This document shows positions 60,171-64,000 of a stretch of 64,000 bases of DNA, in pieces. The position numbers and the translations under genes were made by a program. The stretch covers positions 77,496-141,495 of the forward strand of contig CBDEGT010000002.1 in the NCBI GenBank assembly GCA_965237965.1, given 5' to 3'. Below the pieces are notes generated by a model that was given only the letters and a program-made list of their open reading frames with translations, did no database searches and was not told the DNA's origin. The DNA comes from Longimicrobiales bacterium (GTDB lineage Bacteria; Gemmatimonadota; Gemmatimonadetes; Longimicrobiales; Gaopeijiaceae). The number at the start of each line of letters is the position of its first letter. Positions within the stretch are counted from its first letter, which is position 1.

Positions 60171-61408
60171 CTCGAGACACAGTGGGGCCAGACCCCCCTC
60201 ATGTTCGCGGCCGCGGCAGACCGTACCTCCGCCGTGCGGGCGCTGCTGGCTCGCGGTGCTGACCCCTCGATCACCGCGAGCGTAATCGACATCTCGGCCA
60301 GGGCCCGAGAAGACGCGAGGCTCGAGCGCCTCCGTGACCGGCTTCTGGGGCGCTTCGAGCGCGGTCGGATCGAGCGCGCGGATCTGGTCGCGGCGGGCTA
60401 CCGCAAGAAACCCTCTAACGCCGTCCGCAGCGCGAGCGCCAATCCGGCCCGAGGCGGAGACGAAACCCCGCGGGTCTCGCACGAAGAGCTCGTGGGACGC
60501 TACGGTGGGCTCACCGCGCTCCTCCTGGCCACGCGCGACGGACGCAACGGTAGCGCCCTCGCGCTGCTCGAGGCCGGGGCGGACGTCGACCAACAAAGCG
60601 CCGGGGACCGGACCTCACCCCTGCTCATGGCCGTCATCAACGGGCACTTCGATCTGGCGCTCGAGCTACTCGCGCGAGGCGCCGATCCGAACCTGGCGAG
60701 CGACGCGAACAACGCCATCCGCAGCCCGTGGACTACATGCGGCAGCAGACGACCTATCTCGAGCTCTTGCAGGCCCTGCTCGAGGCCGGGGCGGATCCGA
60801 ACGCTCGTCTCGCCCACCGACTCTGGTTCACGGAGTACGGACGTGAGTACCTGGGCGTCGACTGGGCCGGCGCGACCCCGTTCCTGCGCGCAGCGCATGC
60901 GCTCGACCTCGACGCGATGCGGCTGCTCCTGAAGCACGGAGCCGACCCGGACATCCCGACCTTCAGACCGACGATCTCAGGCCAGCCGGGATTGGCCGAC
61001 GATCCGTCGGGCCTCCCGCCCGTTCCTGCAGGAGGGCCCGGGGTCCACTCCATCCACGCGGCTAGCGGGGCAGGCTACATCTACGACTCTGCCGGCAACA
61101 CGCACCGGTACGTAGAGAGCGGCTGGCTGCCGGCCGTCCGGTTCTTCGTCGAGGAGCTGGGTGTGGACGTGAACCTGCGGGACTTCGATGGTTTCACGCC
61201 GCTCCACAACGCAGCGGCCCGCGGCGACAACGCATTGATCCTGTACCTGCTGGAGCAGGGTGCCGATCCCCACCTGGTCGCGCGCACCGGCCAGTCCACA
61301 CTCGATGCTGCCAACGGTCCGCATCAACGCCTGGTTCCGTTCGTCGAGACCGTGAAGCTGCTGGAGGAGTTGGGCGTCACCAACAACCACCGCTGCGTGT
61401 CCTGCTGA
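60171..61408 (+). pseudogene. ankyrin-repeat protein, 3' part (with an additional frameshift near 60720)
   Basis: ..LETQWGQTPLMFAAAADRTSAVRALLARGADP.. continues the repeat phase exactly (GADTE|LETQWGQTPL). Frame switch between ORFs 60201..60932 and 60728..61408. Confidence 0.65.
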
Positions 61409-61425
61409 CGCCACGCCCCCTCTCT

Positions 61426-61690
61426 TCAGGGTCGCGGCAACCGCGGCACCGTGAGAGGGCCAGCCTCCAGCACCCTTCCCCAGATCCTACGCCCCACCGA
61501 GTCAGCCTCCCTGATGATGCGTTCTTCGTCCATCGTGAGGACGCGGTGGCCGCGCATCACGAATTGTCCGTCGATCATGACCGACTCGATGTCACCCGGG
61601 TGCCCGCTGTGGACCAACGCCGACACGATGCGGCCCGCCGGGACCAAGTGGGCGCGCAGGGTGTCGACGATGAGGATGTCCGAGCTGTTC
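61426..61690 (-). pseudogene. amidohydrolase-family (MtaD/AtzA-like deaminase) C-terminal ~90-aa remnant
   Basis: ..[61 protein letters not shown].. Confidence 0.5.
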
Positions 61691-63571
61691 GGCGACGACG
61701 TCGAGGGCGAGTGTTTTTGGGACCTCTGCCCCGATTTCTCCGCTTCCGCCCGGGAGCGCGTTCTCCAGGGAGGACAGACGGTCCGCGAGGACGTGAGGCA
61801 TGGCAAGGCCTGGCTTCGGCTTACCGTGGCTCACGTAGCCGACACGGAGCACATCTTCGTCTTCGGCAGTGATGTCACGAACGAAAAGGCGGCCGAGCGC
61901 GAATTGGCCGAGCGCGCCCGCTTCCCGGCGATGAACCCCGGCGCCGTAGTCCGGCTCGCCGCCGAGGGGACAGTCATCCGCGCGAACCCTGCAGCCAGCC
62001 GCCTGTTTGGTCGGGACAGCATTCAAGGTCTCTCGTGGGTGGACCTGTCACCCGGCATGGACGGCGGGCTACTTGCTCGGGTGCGTGGTGGTGCTGACCT
62101 CGTTCAGTACGAGGCAGACATCGATGGTCGCTGCTTCTCCTTTACGCTCCGCCACGAACCACTCGCCGATCAGGTCTTCGTGTACGGCTCGGACGTCACG
62201 GAGCTAAAGAGCGCCGAGCGAGCGTTGGCCGAGTTGGCGCGCTTCCCTGACATGAACCCTGGCCCCGTCTGCCGGCTGTCGCGCGAGGGGGAGGTACTCC
62301 TGGCCAACCCCGCGGCACGCACCGTGTTCGGACCTGGAGACCCGACCGGTCGCAACTGGCTCGATCTCGTGCCCGCCGCCGGGGGAGACTTCTGGCAATC
62401 GCTTTTGTCGTCCGGCAAGACCGCGGCTATGGAAGCGACCATCGGCGACCGCCATTTCGTACTCACGCACGCCCCTGGAACCGAGGGTGTTTTCGTGTTC
62501 GTGTACGGCTCCGACGTCACGCGCGAGAAAGAGGCCGAGCGGGCGCTGCGTCAGAGCGAAAAGATGGCTACGCTGGGTACGCTAGCCGCGGGCGTGGCGC
62601 ATGAACTCAACAACCCGGCCGCCGCTGCCCAGCGTGCCTCTGAGCAGCTCGAGCAGGCATTCGGGGCGTTGCAGGCCGCACGGATGGCACTCGGGGCCTC
62701 GATTGCCAGCGAGGATGTCGACCGGATCGTCCAGGAACTAGACGGGAAGGCACGCGAGGCGTCTGCCTGTCCGTGCGATTTGGATCCACTGGAGCGTAGC
62801 GACCTCGAGGCTCGATTGGAGGACTGGTTGGACGAGCGCCGAGTCGATTCTCCTTGGGAGGTGGCACCGTCGCTCGTCGAGGCGGGCGTCGACATCGCCG
62901 CATTGAACGACTTCGCCAAGGACGTGGGCCCGGAGAACCTGGGCGTGATCGCGGCGTGGTACGCGCACACGCACGGGGTCTACCGACTTCTCGAGGAGAT
63001 CCGTCAGGGGGCCTCCCGCCTCGTCGAGATCGTAGGGGCCATGAAGGCCTATTCGTACTTGGGACAGGCACCGATCCAGAACGTCGACGTGAACGAGGGG
63101 ATCCGGAACACGCTGGTGATACTGCGGAGCAAGCTCAAGGCGGGCGTCGTGGTGCGGCAGGAGCTGGCGCAGGACCTTCCACGGATCGAAGCCCTCGGCA
63201 GTGAGCTTAACCAGGTGTGGACCAATCTCATCGACAACGCGGCGGACGCGATGGAAGGGAAGGGTGAAATCCACCTGAAGACCTCGTTGGTGGACGACCG
63301 AGTGAGGATCGAAGTGCAGGACGACGGTCCCGGGATTCCCGTGGATATCCAATCCAGGGTCTTCGACGCCTTCTTCACCACGAAGCCCCCGGGCAAGGGC
63401 ACCGGCCTGGGCCTGAATACCAGCTATAAGATTGTGGAAAAGCACGCCGGATCGATCCGCATAGACTCCGAACCGGGCCGGACGCGCTTCACCGTCGAGC
63501 TACCGATCCGGCGCCCGACGCCTAAAGAGGGAGCCGAGCGAGTCGAGGAAACGATGGAGGAAGAGGCCTGA
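61672..63571 (+). CDS. multi-PAS sensor histidine kinase (three tandem PAS-like modules + HisKA + HATPase_c)
   Basis: Repeated ..F(V/Y)GSDVTxxKxAERxLAExARFPxMNPG.. modules. H-box [14 protein letters not shown] boxes ..[24 protein letters not shown].. Confidence 0.75.
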
Positions 63572-64000
63572 TGGCGTCAGCACAAAGGGCGGTCATCTTG
63601 ACCGTGGACGACGAACCGCAGGTTCTCAACGCGATCGCACGGGACCTGCGCGGTCACTTTCGCTCGGACTACAGCGTCGTCAAGGCGAGCTCGGGCGCCC
63701 AGGCGCTCGAAACCGTGAAGCAGCTCAAAGATCGTGAGACGGCGATTGCGCTCTTCCTCGTAGACGAGCGCATGCCTCAGATGAGCGGCACGGAGTTCCT
63801 TGCACAGGTGCGGACCCTCTACCCCGACGCTCGAAAGGTGCTCCTGACTGCGTATGCAGACACGGAGGCGGCGATCTCCGGCATCAACGACGTAGGGCTG
63901 GATTACTACCTGATGAAGCCGTGGGATCCGCCCGAGGAGCGCCTATTCCCGGTCCTGGATGACCTCCTCGACGATTGGTCGGCAGGCTTCCGTCCTCCGT
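63571..64000 (+). CDS. response regulator receiver protein (partial; continues past window end). Start overlaps HK stop (ATGA)
   Basis: [55 protein letters not shown].. Confidence 0.75.
   Translation, partial: MASAQRAVILTVDDEPQVLNAIARDLRGHFRSDYSVVKASSGAQALETVKQLKDRETAIALFLVDERMPQMSGTEFLAQVRTLYPDARKVLLTAYADTEAAISGINDVGLDYYLMKPWDPPEERLFPVLDDLLDDWSAGFRPP

Noticed and set aside
61451-61671. N-terminal ~75 codons of ORF 61451..63571 (extension of the PAS histidine kinase)
   Set aside because: Overlaps the amidohydrolase remnant on the opposite strand. The first PAS module aligns from MRMSELFG (61672), so the true start was placed there.

Overview
High-GC (~67%) accessory region dominated by insertion sequences, many of them nested, truncated or recombined. 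Families seen: a partial IS256; two different IS5-family elements, two copies each, one nested inside the other; two inverted copies of an IS3::IS30 composite; an IS110-family element split by an IS5 insertion, plus two IS110-like 3' remnants; two unrelated IS1595-family elements; an IS427-like element; an IS21; and a decayed second IS3-like element. Between the ISs are pieces of an integrative mobilizable element (mobC, two divergent paralogous tyrosine integrases, a 5'-truncated ArdC-like gene) and many decayed genes: a cus/czc-type RND efflux operon, an M16 peptidase, a DUF1592/DUF1552 pair, an ankyrin-repeat gene, an amidohydrolase. Apparently intact genes include a TAXI-TRAP transporter, peroxiredoxin, SDR oxidoreductase, FloA flotillin, a two-component system with a cNMP-binding protein, a c-type cytochrome, and a secreted kinase-like/phosphatase pair. 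Two observations stand out. First, two short repeat families are conserved at DNA level: a 90-180 bp module containing the promoter-proximal region, Shine-Dalgarno and first ~35 codons of a Ser/Thr-kinase gene (7 copies, all on the minus strand, mostly directly upstream of unrelated exported-protein genes), and a module containing the last ~16 codons and stop of a gene family ending ..NFFEELKRLVP* (3 copies). They bracket floA and a metalloprotease gene like a cassette shell. Second, a 3.06-kb IS1595-family transposon with intact 8-bp target duplications carries a PRTase/ComF-like gene plus a DprA-like gene (a ShosTA-like pair) as passengers. The taxon is probably Gemmatimonadota-like, but that is inference only.
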